This document shows, piece by piece, positions 35,031 through 43,564 of a stretch of DNA of 47,045 nucleotides. The DNA lies in IMG/VR virus record IMGVR_UViG_3300016665_000672, positions 1 to 47,045 of that record. One strand, 5' to 3'. This stretch comes from a virus. Lineage: Duplodnaviria > Caudoviricetes. Made by a program: the position numbers and the translations under genes. Numbering within the stretch: position 1 is the first letter of the stretch; each line of letters opens with the position of its first letter. The notes under the pieces are model-generated. The model was not told the origin of the DNA and ran no database searches. It worked only from the letters and a program-made list of their open reading frames with translations.

Positions 35031-35237
35031 TCACTTCGTCAGGAACTGCTCGACCATCTGCCGGAGCATGTTGAGGTCGAGCCGCATCTGCGCCTCGGAA
35101 AGCGCGTCGACCCATTCGTAGGGGTCGGAGTCGTCGCCGCCGCGACGAATGATCAGAGCACGCGCGAGCCGCTCGACCCGCACGTGCTCCTTCTTGGGCT
35201 CGACTACGCGCCGCCAGGCGGCGCCGATGCTTTTCCC
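35031..35237 (-). CDS. Tail assembly chaperone, -1 frameshift extension (gpGT-like)
   Basis: Slippery G GGA AAA at 35237-35231; the -1 frame stays open until 10 nt before the tape measure start. Confidence 0.8.
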   Translation of the reverse strand, partial: GKSIGAAWRRVVEPKKEHVRVERLARALIIRRGGDDSDPYEWVDALSEAQMRLDLNMLRQMVEQFLTK

Positions 35238-35569
35238 GCGCCGGCCCTCAGCGCATCGACCACGTCGGCGATCGCGGAGCCCAAGGGGAAAAACAGGCCG
35301 AGGTGTTCCTCGTGCAAGTCGACGAGCTGCTGCGCGCTGTGAGAGTTGACCACGCGCGTGCAGAGCTCCTCGCTCTTCTCCATCATCTCGCGAGCGACGG
35401 CCGCGTTGGCGTTGCCCGTGGCGGTGGCGGTGGCGAAGGCGAGCCGCGCCGCCTCGTAGTCCATCCACTCGCGAGCCGTGGGCTTGCGAAACTTGAACTC
35501 GAAGACCTGTCCGCCGATGGGGATCTTGACCTCGAAGGGTCCCGACTGAACCTGCGTCGGGCCCGACAT
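35204..35569 (-). CDS. Tail assembly chaperone (gpG-like)
   Basis: Between tube and tape measure genes; FKFRKPTAREW. Confidence 0.82.
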   Translation of the reverse strand: MSGPTQVQSGPFEVKIPIGGQVFEFKFRKPTAREWMDYEAARLAFATATATGNANAAVAREMMEKSEELCTRVVNSHSAQQLVDLHEEHLGLFFPLGSAIADVVDALRAGAGKASAPPGGA

Positions 35570-36045
35570 CAGATCGCTCCGCCGGTGTAGAGGCTACGGC
35601 TCACGAGGGGCCGGCCGTTCTCGAGGATCATCAGCACGCTCATGGTCACCTTGAACGTGTGCGCGTCGGGGCCGTCCGCCGAGGTCGAGTCGGCTTCGGT
35701 CAGACCCGAGATGCGGATCTCGACCTTGACCGAGGCCTTGCCCGGCTCGGCGATCGTGATGCTGAAGAGGCCCGGCCGGTCCATGGGCGCGAAGCCCTTG
35801 GTGCGACAGTCCTCCTTGATGGCTTCCCACGCGCTGCGCAGGAAGGTCGCCGACGCCTCGTACTTCACGGTGCCGACGGTGTGCGCGAGGTCTTCGCGCG
35901 CGGTGCCGCGCGCCGAGCCACGCTCGACGACCGGCTTGAAGGCGAGTTCCTTGACCCCCTTCGTGCGGATCCCGTACAGGCGCGCGTCGACGGACGCGTG
36001 GGAGTACGTGTACCCGTTGAGGTCGAGATCGGGCGGCAGCGGCAT
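35569..36045 (-). CDS. Tail tube protein
   Basis: LNGYTYSHASV...G...G.VKYEASATF; directly after the sheath gene; GGAG RBS. Confidence 0.8.
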   Translation of the reverse strand: MPLPPDLDLNGYTYSHASVDARLYGIRTKGVKELAFKPVVERGSARGTAREDLAHTVGTVKYEASATFLRSAWEAIKEDCRTKGFAPMDRPGLFSITIAEPGKASVKVEIRISGLTEADSTSADGPDAHTFKVTMSVLMILENGRPLVSRSLYTGGAI

Positions 36046-36077
36046 GGTGGTCTCCGGTGTTCGTGGCGTGAATGCGC

Positions 36078-36115
36078 AAAGACCCACCGCACGCCGCGGG
36101 GCGCGCAGTGGGTCT
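36078..36115 (-). terminator. 16-bp hairpin between sheath and tube genes (attenuator or mRNA stabiliser)
   Basis: Arms at 36080-36095 and 36100-36115. Both mismatches become G-U pairs only on the minus (coding) strand. Followed by a short U run. Confidence 0.65.
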
Positions 36116-36131
36116 GGTCATCGCGGCGAGC

Positions 36132-37634
36132 TCAGGCCGCGGCGGGGACGTTCGCCTTCGTGAAGCCGATGGTGAACGTGATCTGGCGGAAGTAGCCGAG
36201 CGGCTGGACGCTGATCTGACCGGTGAGGGTCGAGGTCGAGAGCAGGTCGTCGGTGCGCGACACGCGCGCCGCGACCGAGCTCGCGTGCCCGCGGCCCGTC
36301 TTGCTCGCCGCCGAGATGAGTGACGCGACCAGCTGCCCGGTGATGTCGGCGTCGATGGCCTGCGCCTCGCTCTCGAGGATGCGGCCGGTCGAGCTGTCGA
36401 CGATCGCCGACTCGCCGATGTAGTTCACCAGGGCGTTGCGGCCGACCTTCGCGGCGCGGTTGATCACGCGCAGGCGCTCGACCTTCGCGTAGTCGCTGCC
36501 GACGCTCGCGAACGTGTGCGTGTCCGCCACGTAGTACCCCGAGTAGCCCGCGTGCGAGCGCAGGGTGAGGAACCGCTGCCCGGCGGTGCCGTCGGCGAGA
36601 CCGCCGGTCGTGCCCTCGTCGTGCTCGATCGAGAGCAGCGTGCGGAGCGGCCCGGACTGAACGCGCCCGAGGTGCTCGCTGATGTCCGAGCTCGCGAGGC
36701 GCTCGAGGATGCGCCAGCCGACCGGGCGGCGGTACTTCCGCGAGTCGATCGTGCTCGCCTGCCGCCCGTAGCCCGCGGCGATGAGCATGCGCTTGTGCGA
36801 GAGCACCTGCACCGTCGACGAGCTCAGCGCCGTCCGCCAGGTCGCGAGGCCGGCGGTGTTGGTGGCCACCGGCGAGCCGGCGAGCAGCATGCACCAGATG
36901 TAGCGGTACGAGGTGGCCTCGAAGGTGTCGACCTTGGCCGAGACCGCGGCGAACGTGGTCGCCAGCGCCGTCGCGCGGTCGCTGTCGAGCGCGCCCGCCG
37001 GCTGGCTCTGGATGAACACGCCGCCGATGTCGACGCCCGCGGCGAACAGGGCATCCATGCCGGCAGTGATGTTGGCGTCCGAGTGCGTCGGGGCCGCGCC
37101 GGTGAAGCTGTAGACGTTGTCCACCGCGTACGTGCCGCTCGCGAAGTTGAGCGTCACGCCCGAGTCGTCCATCAGGTACGTCGCCGCGGTGACGATCGGG
37201 TTCGACCAGGTACCGGTCCCGCTCGCCGAGTCGTAGTCGAGGCAGTACCGGAACGTCGCCGTGCCGCGCGCGCCCGCCGAGACGATCTCGACGCGGCCAA
37301 CGATGTCGTCGCGCGAGTTGCCGGTGAGGGTCACGGTCGGCGGAGTCGTGCCCGCGCTGGTGACCGCCGACAGCACGCCCGCCGTCGAGGCCAGCGGGAC
37401 GAACAGGATCTTTCCGTGGTTCGGCGTGGTGACCAGGTCGGCGACGAGCTGCGGGCTGATGCCGTAGCCGAGCGTCGAGGTGACGTCCGCGGGGGTCGCG
37501 CTGTCGAAGGTGTAGACCTGCCCGATCGTGCCGCCGCTCGAGTACCCGAGCACCGCGATCGTGTTGTCGGACTGCTCCGGCGGAATCTGGAGCTGCCCCT
37601 CCTTGAAGGTGAGGGCGACGTTGGGAATGGCCAT
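36132..37634 (-). CDS. Contractile tail sheath protein (DUF2586-like)
   Basis: 500 aa; HLGRVQSGPL...FLTLRSHAGYSGYY......GSDY..VERLRVINRA...VQPLGYFRQI...IGF. Confidence 0.88.
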   Translation of the reverse strand: MAIPNVALTFKEGQLQIPPEQSDNTIAVLGYSSGGTIGQVYTFDSATPADVTSTLGYGISPQLVADLVTTPNHGKILFVPLASTAGVLSAVTSAGTTPPTVTLTGNSRDDIVGRVEIVSAGARGTATFRYCLDYDSASGTGTWSNPIVTAATYLMDDSGVTLNFASGTYAVDNVYSFTGAAPTHSDANITAGMDALFAAGVDIGGVFIQSQPAGALDSDRATALATTFAAVSAKVDTFEATSYRYIWCMLLAGSPVATNTAGLATWRTALSSSTVQVLSHKRMLIAAGYGRQASTIDSRKYRRPVGWRILERLASSDISEHLGRVQSGPLRTLLSIEHDEGTTGGLADGTAGQRFLTLRSHAGYSGYYVADTHTFASVGSDYAKVERLRVINRAAKVGRNALVNYIGESAIVDSSTGRILESEAQAIDADITGQLVASLISAASKTGRGHASSVAARVSRTDDLLSTSTLTGQISVQPLGYFRQITFTIGFTKANVPAAA

Positions 37635-37723
37635 GGCTGTTCGCGGCTCCTCGAGGGGGCGATGTCGTGGGTCAGGGCGGCGAGAGCTCGCCGCTGGTCA
37701 GGGGTGGGTGAGCAGCGGCGCGA

Positions 37724-38251
37724 TCAGCCCAGCGGGGCGATCAGCGTGCCGTCGTCGGTGCCGTACTCCGGCGCCGAGGTGTCGAGCTGCGCGTCGGTGA
37801 TGGTGACCGGCTCGGTCGTCGAGGCCGCATCGAGCGGAACCTCGAGGAGCGGCATGCGCCACATCACGGTGATTGTGACGACGTTCTTGAGCGTGGCGGC
37901 CTGGTCGCTCGACTCCTCGACGCGCCAGGACTCCAGACGCACCGCAGCCGCTTTCAGCTGGCGAGCGCCTGTCATGAACTGCTGGACCATCAGCCACGCG
38001 TCGCCATGCGTCTTCGCGCGGCAAGCGATGTCGGCGCGGAAGTCGATCGAGTCGAGGCTACGCTGCGGGAACCGCCCTGGGTTCTGCGGGCCCGCGCTGG
38101 CGTTGCCATTCGTCGGGGTCCAGTCCCACCGCGCGAGCGCGTGGTTGCGGCTCGACTCGAGGTAGTATGAGTCCTTGCCGGTCGCCGTCTTGAGCAGCTG
38201 CGCGAGCGGCACAAAGATGTCGGCCCGCGGGTCGAAGTAGTAGACCGTCAC
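37724..38251 (-). CDS. Putative tail terminator/completion protein
   Basis: Position between neck and sheath genes. Confidence 0.6.
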   Translation of the reverse strand: MTVYYFDPRADIFVPLAQLLKTATGKDSYYLESSRNHALARWDWTPTNGNASAGPQNPGRFPQRSLDSIDFRADIACRAKTHGDAWLMVQQFMTGARQLKAAAVRLESWRVEESSDQAATLKNVVTITVMWRMPLLEVPLDAASTTEPVTITDAQLDTSAPEYGTDDGTLIAPLG

Positions 38252-38258
38252 GGCGACC

Positions 38259-38735
38259 TCACTTCCGCGCGGCGCGCACGTTGGCGCTGTGCATGAAGCC
38301 TCGCCAGCCCGCGTTCAGCGCGGCGACGATCTTCTTCTTCCACGGGGGCGGGGGGCTCTTCTTCGGCACGATGCGTCGCGCCTTGCCCTTCCACCGTCGG
38401 ATCTTGCCGTTGGCGCCCACCTTCATCTTGCGCCAGCCGTCGTGCTGGAACTTCACGAAGGGCGGGCCCGAGATCGTCGCGACCACCTTGCCGTTGATGA
38501 CCTCGACGCGGATGCTCGCCGAGCTCGGCCACCGCAGGGCGGCCTTGTCCCTCGTCTTGGGCCACGCGCGCCCCTGGGGCGAGCGCTGCGCGCCCTTCGA
38601 CTCGCTGGCGAGGCCGTGCACCGTGCCGCGCGCGATGCGCGGCATCAGCGCCTTGCTGACTCGCCCCGACGCGAGGGCCTGCACCTTGCCGAGCATCCTG
38701 TCGAGGGCGGCGCGGTCGGGGACGAGTCGGAGCAT
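38259..38735 (-). CDS. Virion morphogenesis protein (Mu gpG-like)
   Basis: Basic; LMPRIA...QRSPQGRAW...FQHDG. Confidence 0.65.
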   Translation of the reverse strand: MLRLVPDRAALDRMLGKVQALASGRVSKALMPRIARGTVHGLASESKGAQRSPQGRAWPKTRDKAALRWPSSASIRVEVINGKVVATISGPPFVKFQHDGWRKMKVGANGKIRRWKGKARRIVPKKSPPPPWKKKIVAALNAGWRGFMHSANVRAARK

Positions 38736-38739
38736 GGTG

Positions 38740-39174
38740 TCACCAGCCTCGAGACGACTCCGTGTAGATGGCGGCCCCGGTCTTCACGATCGTCGGGGTC
38801 GCGTCGACCAGGCCGACCGGAACGATGAAGCCGCGGGCGACCTTCTCGAGGTACTCGCGGCCCTCGGTGGCGCGGTCCCGCCACACGAAATTGTTCGCGT
38901 CGTCGGGGTTGTGGCCGATGAGTGTGGACATGATCGTCCACGCCGCGATCTTGCAGACCGCCTCCTTCACGTCGGCGCCCCACGCGGTGAGCGGGAGCCT
39001 TACGCGCCCGCTCGACTGCAGGATGCCGCCGGCGAGCTCGCTCGAGGCGGCGAGGATGGCGTCGATCTTCTCGTTGGCGATGCCCGACGTTACCTCCTCG
39101 GAGAGGCCGAGCAGCGCGAGGTCGTCCCGCGTAGCCAGAGCCACGCCGGTGGCGGTGACGTCGGTAAGCGCCAT
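38740..39174 (-). CDS. Head-tail adaptor (Mu gp36 / DUF1320-like)
   Basis: ATRDDL...AAS....G.L...RLPL......VCKIAAW......R......LEKVARG. Confidence 0.8.
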   Translation of the reverse strand: MALTDVTATGVALATRDDLALLGLSEEVTSGIANEKIDAILAASSELAGGILQSSGRVRLPLTAWGADVKEAVCKIAAWTIMSTLIGHNPDDANNFVWRDRATEGREYLEKVARGFIVPVGLVDATPTIVKTGAAIYTESSRGW

Positions 39175-39896
39175 CAGAGGATCTCGCCGATGACCTTGGC
39201 GTCCATCGTCGGCGTCGCCGAGCCGCCGATCAGGGCGACCACGCGCACGAACCGATCGAGGCCCGCGAAGACCTTGCGCTCGTAGCCGACCGTCTTGGCG
39301 GTCCAGACGTTGTCGACGGCCGCGGTGGCGTTGGCGTAGTTGATGACCAGGCCGGTGTCGGTGTCGTTCGGGTCGATGACCGAGATCGTCGCCGCGGTGG
39401 TGACGTTCGAGACCCAGGTCTTGCCGCCGTCCACCGAGTAGCGGATCACGGCGACGCCGCGGGCGCCGAGCGTGGTGCACTCGATGCGGAGGTCGACCGG
39501 CTGCAACTGGGTGCCGGTGAGGGTGATCGTCGGCGGGGTGGTGCCGGTCGCCGTGACCGAGCCCATGACCAGGCCGGCGGGCGCCGAGCTCGAGGGAGCC
39601 GCCGCGGCGTCGGTGCGCTGGGTGAAGGTGCCCACCGTGCTCCAGCCGTTGTAGCCGTCGGGCGAGGTCTGCACGGTGAGGTCGAGGGTCGGGCTCGTGC
39701 CGGACTTGGCCGAGACCTCGACCTGCAGGCGCGCGAGCCCCTTGTCGCCGACCTCGAAGACGGGGCCGACGGTGACGCCGGAGGCGAGCGTCTGCTGCGG
39801 GAGAGCGAGCATGCTCTCGACGTTGCAGTGCCGGTTGTCGCCGCGGCGGTAGCCGGTGCCGGCAACGGGGTACGTGATGGGGACAGCGTTCGGCAT
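39174..39896 (-). CDS. Putative capsid decoration protein with inserted module
   Basis: Beta-sandwich-like frame interrupted at 39291-39566 by a module shared with the capsid and sheath proteins. Confidence 0.65.
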   Translation of the reverse strand: MPNAVPITYPVAGTGYRRGDNRHCNVESMLALPQQTLASGVTVGPVFEVGDKGLARLQVEVSAKSGTSPTLDLTVQTSPDGYNGWSTVGTFTQRTDAAAAPSSSAPAGLVMGSVTATGTTPPTITLTGTQLQPVDLRIECTTLGARGVAVIRYSVDGGKTWVSNVTTAATISVIDPNDTDTGLVINYANATAAVDNVWTAKTVGYERKVFAGLDRFVRVVALIGGSATPTMDAKVIGEIL

Positions 39897-39898
39897 GG

Positions 39899-40171
39899 TC
39901 AGCTCCCGACGGCCGCAATCACGGCGTCAGCTTCGCGCCGGTTCAGCCCGGCGACTTTGATCAGTTCTTCGGCACGGGCGCCGCGGATGTCCTCGATCGC
40001 GAGGTACCCTGCGGCGGTGAGCAGGTCGTAGCGGACGGTCGACGGAGGGAGCGCGGTGCCGGCGATCTCCTGCTGTCGTCCACGCATGGTGAACCACAGG
40101 CCGTCCTCGAAGCGACGTTTCGCCTCGAGGGCCTGCAGCAGGTAGTAGCGCCTCGGGTGCATCGCGCTCAC
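39899..40171 (-). CDS. Small protein with helix-hairpin-helix-like C-terminus
   Basis: LTAAGYLAIEDIRGARAEELIKVAGLNRREADAVI; AGAGG RBS. Confidence 0.65.
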   Translation of the reverse strand: MSAMHPRRYYLLQALEAKRRFEDGLWFTMRGRQQEIAGTALPPSTVRYDLLTAAGYLAIEDIRGARAEELIKVAGLNRREADAVIAAVGS

Positions 40172-40195
40172 CTCTGTTGACGGTCGCGCTGGTTG

Positions 40196-40870
40196 TTACG
40201 CCTGCGATGAGCGGCGCCGCTCCATGGCGGCGAGGTAGTTGGCGCGAGCCTCCGGCGAGAGCTGCCGACCCTTCAGCGTGGCGCTGATCTTGGCCTTCTG
40301 CTCTTCGGAGACCGAGCGCCCCTTGCGGGCCGCGCTCATCTTCGCGCAGGTCTCGGGCGAGCGCGGCTTGCCCTTGCGGGCCGCCGACATCTTCGCCCGA
40401 GTCTCGTCGGAGAGCTTCCAGCGCCTAGCCCTTGGGCCGACGCCGTTCTTGTTCCCCTGCAGCGACTTAGCGACGGCTTCGTTGTGGGCTGTCGAGTGGG
40501 CTTTGCCCTTCCTCGCCCTCGACATCTGGGCTCGCGTCGACTGGCTATGCGTCGCACCAGTGCCGCCCGTCGTGATGTTGTATCCGTTCGGGGAGCGCGT
40601 CCCGAGATACGCGATCCAGAAGGGCTCCTGTTCGAGCGCCTCCTCTTCGGTCGCGTACTCCTCAATCACCTGGAAGGAGAAACGATCGATCCCGTGGGCT
40701 TGAAAGGCTCGCCCGAGCAGCGACTTCGGGGACCGTCGGCGCGCATCTGCGCGATGCTGATCCCATCGGTCTGCTGCTCGCTTCGCCTTGCCGACGTAGG
40801 ACTTCGCGTTGTCGATGCAGGTGATGACGTACACGCAGTGTCGAATGCGGCGCACGCTAGTGGTTAGCAC
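40196..40870 (-). CDS. GIY-YIG homing endonuclease with NUMOD3-like repeats
   Basis: CVY...SYVG...RWDQH...E..WI...GYN; repeated S.ETRAKMSAARKG. Confidence 0.9.
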   Translation of the reverse strand: MLTTSVRRIRHCVYVITCIDNAKSYVGKAKRAADRWDQHRADARRRSPKSLLGRAFQAHGIDRFSFQVIEEYATEEEALEQEPFWIAYLGTRSPNGYNITTGGTGATHSQSTRAQMSRARKGKAHSTAHNEAVAKSLQGNKNGVGPRARRWKLSDETRAKMSAARKGKPRSPETCAKMSAARKGRSVSEEQKAKISATLKGRQLSPEARANYLAAMERRRSSQA

Positions 40871-40882
40871 GCGCCGTATCGA

Positions 40883-42115
40883 TCACAACCCCTGGGCATT
40901 ATGCCTGATCTTGACCACTCCAGGCAGGTTCTGCCCCGGCATGCGCACGTAGCGGTGCGCCACCGAGTAGAGGTGCGCCGCGTAGATCATGCTGTCGTTC
41001 AGCGGCACGGCCACCGACTGCAGCACGCCGGCGTACTGGGCGTTGTACCAGAACACGAGGGAGTTCTTCTTGAGCAGCAAGCTGGTGTGCTTGGTGATCG
41101 TCTTGAACGTCCAGGTGTTGTCGGTCGCGGCGGTGCCGGTGTTGATGGTCAGCGTGATGCCGAGCAGACCGCCCGCGGGATCGAGCGGGTCGACGAGCGC
41201 CACGGTCGCGGCCGACGTGTAGTAGTCGTCCGCGGTGTACGTGAGGCCGCCGTCGATCGACAGCTTGAATTTCCAGGTCCCCCTGGCTCCGCCAGTGGTG
41301 CAGGCGATCTTGATGTCGCACGGGCGCGCAGGGCCGGTGATGCCCTCGCGGTTGACCGAGGCGGCGACGGTGATGGTCGGCGGGGTGGTGCCCGCGGAGA
41401 CCACCGAGGTCAGCGCACTGTTATCGGTCGGCAGGCGGTCGCTGACGATCAGCGGCTTGCCGAAGACCATCGGAGGCACGCCGGGCTCGTTCGGCTGCAC
41501 GAGCAGCGGGCGGCCGGTCGAGTCCTTCAGCTGCAGGAGGTCGATCATCGTCGCGCTCGAGACGGCGATCGCGGCGACTTCGTTCAGACGACCACGATCA
41601 CGCCAGAGGCCGAGCGCCTTGACGATCACGTCGTAGTCCATGTTGCGCGGCGCGGTCGACGAGTAGACGTCGAGCACGAGCTGGTTGTTGCCGGCGCACG
41701 CGGCGTCGATGATCTTCCGGTCGCACCAGCGCTCGGAGGCCGCGAGCACCTGGCGCGCGTACTCCTCGTAGGGCGACTTGCCGGGCACGGGCACCGAGCC
41801 CGCCCAGGTCGTGAGCTCGAAGCCGAGGGTGCCGCAGTCGACGGTGCCCTGCTCCTTGGTCATCGACGCGCTCGAGGCGCTGGCGGCGGTGCCGTCGGTG
41901 CGCGCCTGGAACTCGCCGAGGCTCCCGAAGTAGGGAACCGAGACGGTGCTGCCGATCTTGTCGGGACCGGCCTGCGGGAACGAACCGTTCACCTGCACGA
42001 TCCCGAGGTTCACCGACTCGGCGCCCATGAACGCGCTCGCGCTCGCGAACGCGCCTTCGACGGCCTCGGCGAAGAGCTCGGGGATGATCTGATTGGACTT
42101 GGAAATCGCGGGCAT
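40883..42115 (-). CDS. Major capsid protein (HK97 fold) with an inserted domain
   Basis: After the protease-scaffold gene; IIPELFA, GSTVSVPYF, L..LKDSTGRPL, FGKPLIVSDRLP. Confidence 0.9.
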   Translation of the reverse strand: MPAISKSNQIIPELFAEAVEGAFASASAFMGAESVNLGIVQVNGSFPQAGPDKIGSTVSVPYFGSLGEFQARTDGTAASASSASMTKEQGTVDCGTLGFELTTWAGSVPVPGKSPYEEYARQVLAASERWCDRKIIDAACAGNNQLVLDVYSSTAPRNMDYDVIVKALGLWRDRGRLNEVAAIAVSSATMIDLLQLKDSTGRPLLVQPNEPGVPPMVFGKPLIVSDRLPTDNSALTSVVSAGTTPPTITVAASVNREGITGPARPCDIKIACTTGGARGTWKFKLSIDGGLTYTADDYYTSAATVALVDPLDPAGGLLGITLTINTGTAATDNTWTFKTITKHTSLLLKKNSLVFWYNAQYAGVLQSVAVPLNDSMIYAAHLYSVAHRYVRMPGQNLPGVVKIRHNAQGL

Positions 42116-42205
42116 GGTGACTCCGTGGGGGGATTCAGGGCGTGACAATCCGCGCCACGCGCATCAGCGCGCCGCGGGAGGTGGTCTGGGTGGTGCGCGC
42201 GCCGA

Positions 42206-43564
42206 TCAGCCGGCGGTGCGTTCGGCCTTCGTCGCCTCGTGCGCCGACTTCATCGCGGCGAAGAGGTCGGGGTTCGTGGTCGCGAGTTCGTGCTTTTCGG
42301 CGAACGACAGCTCGGCGTAGGCCTTGCCGTTGAACACGAGCGGTCCGGTCGTCTGGTCCTTGCGGACCGGCTGCGACTTCGCCGAGGTGAGCTGATGGAT
42401 GCGCGGCAGCGCGGCCACGAGCGACTTCACCGCGGCGAGCGAGACGCCCGCCACCTTGCGCAGCTCGCGCTCGAGCGCCGGCGTCGTCTTGCCGTCGCGC
42501 TTGGCGTGCATCAGCAGCTTCTCGATCTCGGCCGACTTGGTCGCGCTGCTGGCCTTCAGTTGCTGCGCGCGGAGCTCGCCCTTCACACGCACGAGCTCGG
42601 CGCGCAGCTTGCGCGCCATCTCCGCGGCCGGGGAACCGTCGTCGGCCATCTCCTCGCCGCCGTCGGCGGGCGCCGCCGAGCCCATGGCGTCCGTGCAGGC
42701 CTGCTTGCAGGCTTCGGCATCGTCCTTGGTCTGCGCGGAGGAGGATCGAAGCGCCTCGCACGCCGACTTGCACTCGTCGGACGCGTCGGCCATGTCCTCG
42801 ACGGCGTGGCACGCGGCCGAGCACTTCTCGATCGCGTCCTGCAGCGCAGAGCACGCATCGATGCACTCCTGCATCGGGTCGCTCTTCGCGTCGGCATCGC
42901 CGGGCGGATCGCTCGGAGGGCTCGCCGCCGGCGCCGCGTCTTCGGCGGCGAGCTTGGCGGCGACGGGGGTGTTGGGGTCGGTCTGCAGCTGCGGCATGTT
43001 GAGCGTCTCCGGTTTGCGGCGTGACGTGGCGAGTTGCACCAGCGCGCGCGAGTTCCTCTCGCGGAGCGCGCCAGGGTCCGAGCCCATCGGAACGACCGAG
43101 AGCTCGTAGAGCAGGGCTTTGGTGACGATCGGTTCCGCGTTCTCCGGCTCGTCGATCTCGAGCGGGTCGAAGCCAACCGACACGGCCGAGAGCATGCCCT
43201 CGCTCATCAGCCGGTAGACCTGCTCGGCGAGCGGGTTGGCATCGGCGCTCGCGAAACGAATAGTGCAGCGCAGCGCGCCGTCCTCCATGCGCACGTTCTC
43301 GGCGCGGCCGATCGGCAGCGTGTGTCGCGGGTCGCTGCTGAAGAGCCCGACGTCGTTGTGCCCGTAGAGCACGACGGGGTTGGCCTGGAACCTCGAGAGG
43401 TCCCACGCGCCCTCCTCCTGCAGGATTCGGAACCCGTGATCGTTCGGCATCGACGTCGAGCAGACGACGTTGATGGTGCGGGCATCCTTGTCGGCGCCCT
43501 CTTCGAGTCGCACGGAGGATGCGAGCGAGAGGCGCTGACGGGCTTGCATGGTCAGGTCGGTCAT
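42206..43564 (-). CDS. HK97-type prohead protease fused to scaffold
   Basis: NPVVLYGH, PIGR, GMLSAVSVGF, LYELSVVPMGSDPGAL, then a coiled-coil region. Confidence 0.92.
   Translation of the reverse strand: MTDLTMQARQRLSLASSVRLEEGADKDARTINVVCSTSMPNDHGFRILQEEGAWDLSRFQANPVVLYGHNDVGLFSSDPRHTLPIGRAENVRMEDGALRCTIRFASADANPLAEQVYRLMSEGMLSAVSVGFDPLEIDEPENAEPIVTKALLYELSVVPMGSDPGALRERNSRALVQLATSRRKPETLNMPQLQTDPNTPVAAKLAAEDAAPAASPPSDPPGDADAKSDPMQECIDACSALQDAIEKCSAACHAVEDMADASDECKSACEALRSSSAQTKDDAEACKQACTDAMGSAAPADGGEEMADDGSPAAEMARKLRAELVRVKGELRAQQLKASSATKSAEIEKLLMHAKRDGKTTPALERELRKVAGVSLAAVKSLVAALPRIHQLTSAKSQPVRKDQTTGPLVFNGKAYAELSFAEKHELATTNPDLFAAMKSAHEATKAERTAG

Noticed and set aside
28686-37634. Tailocin, eCIS or T6SS locus
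   Set aside because: It is contiguous with capsid, portal and terminase genes, so it is a phage tail.
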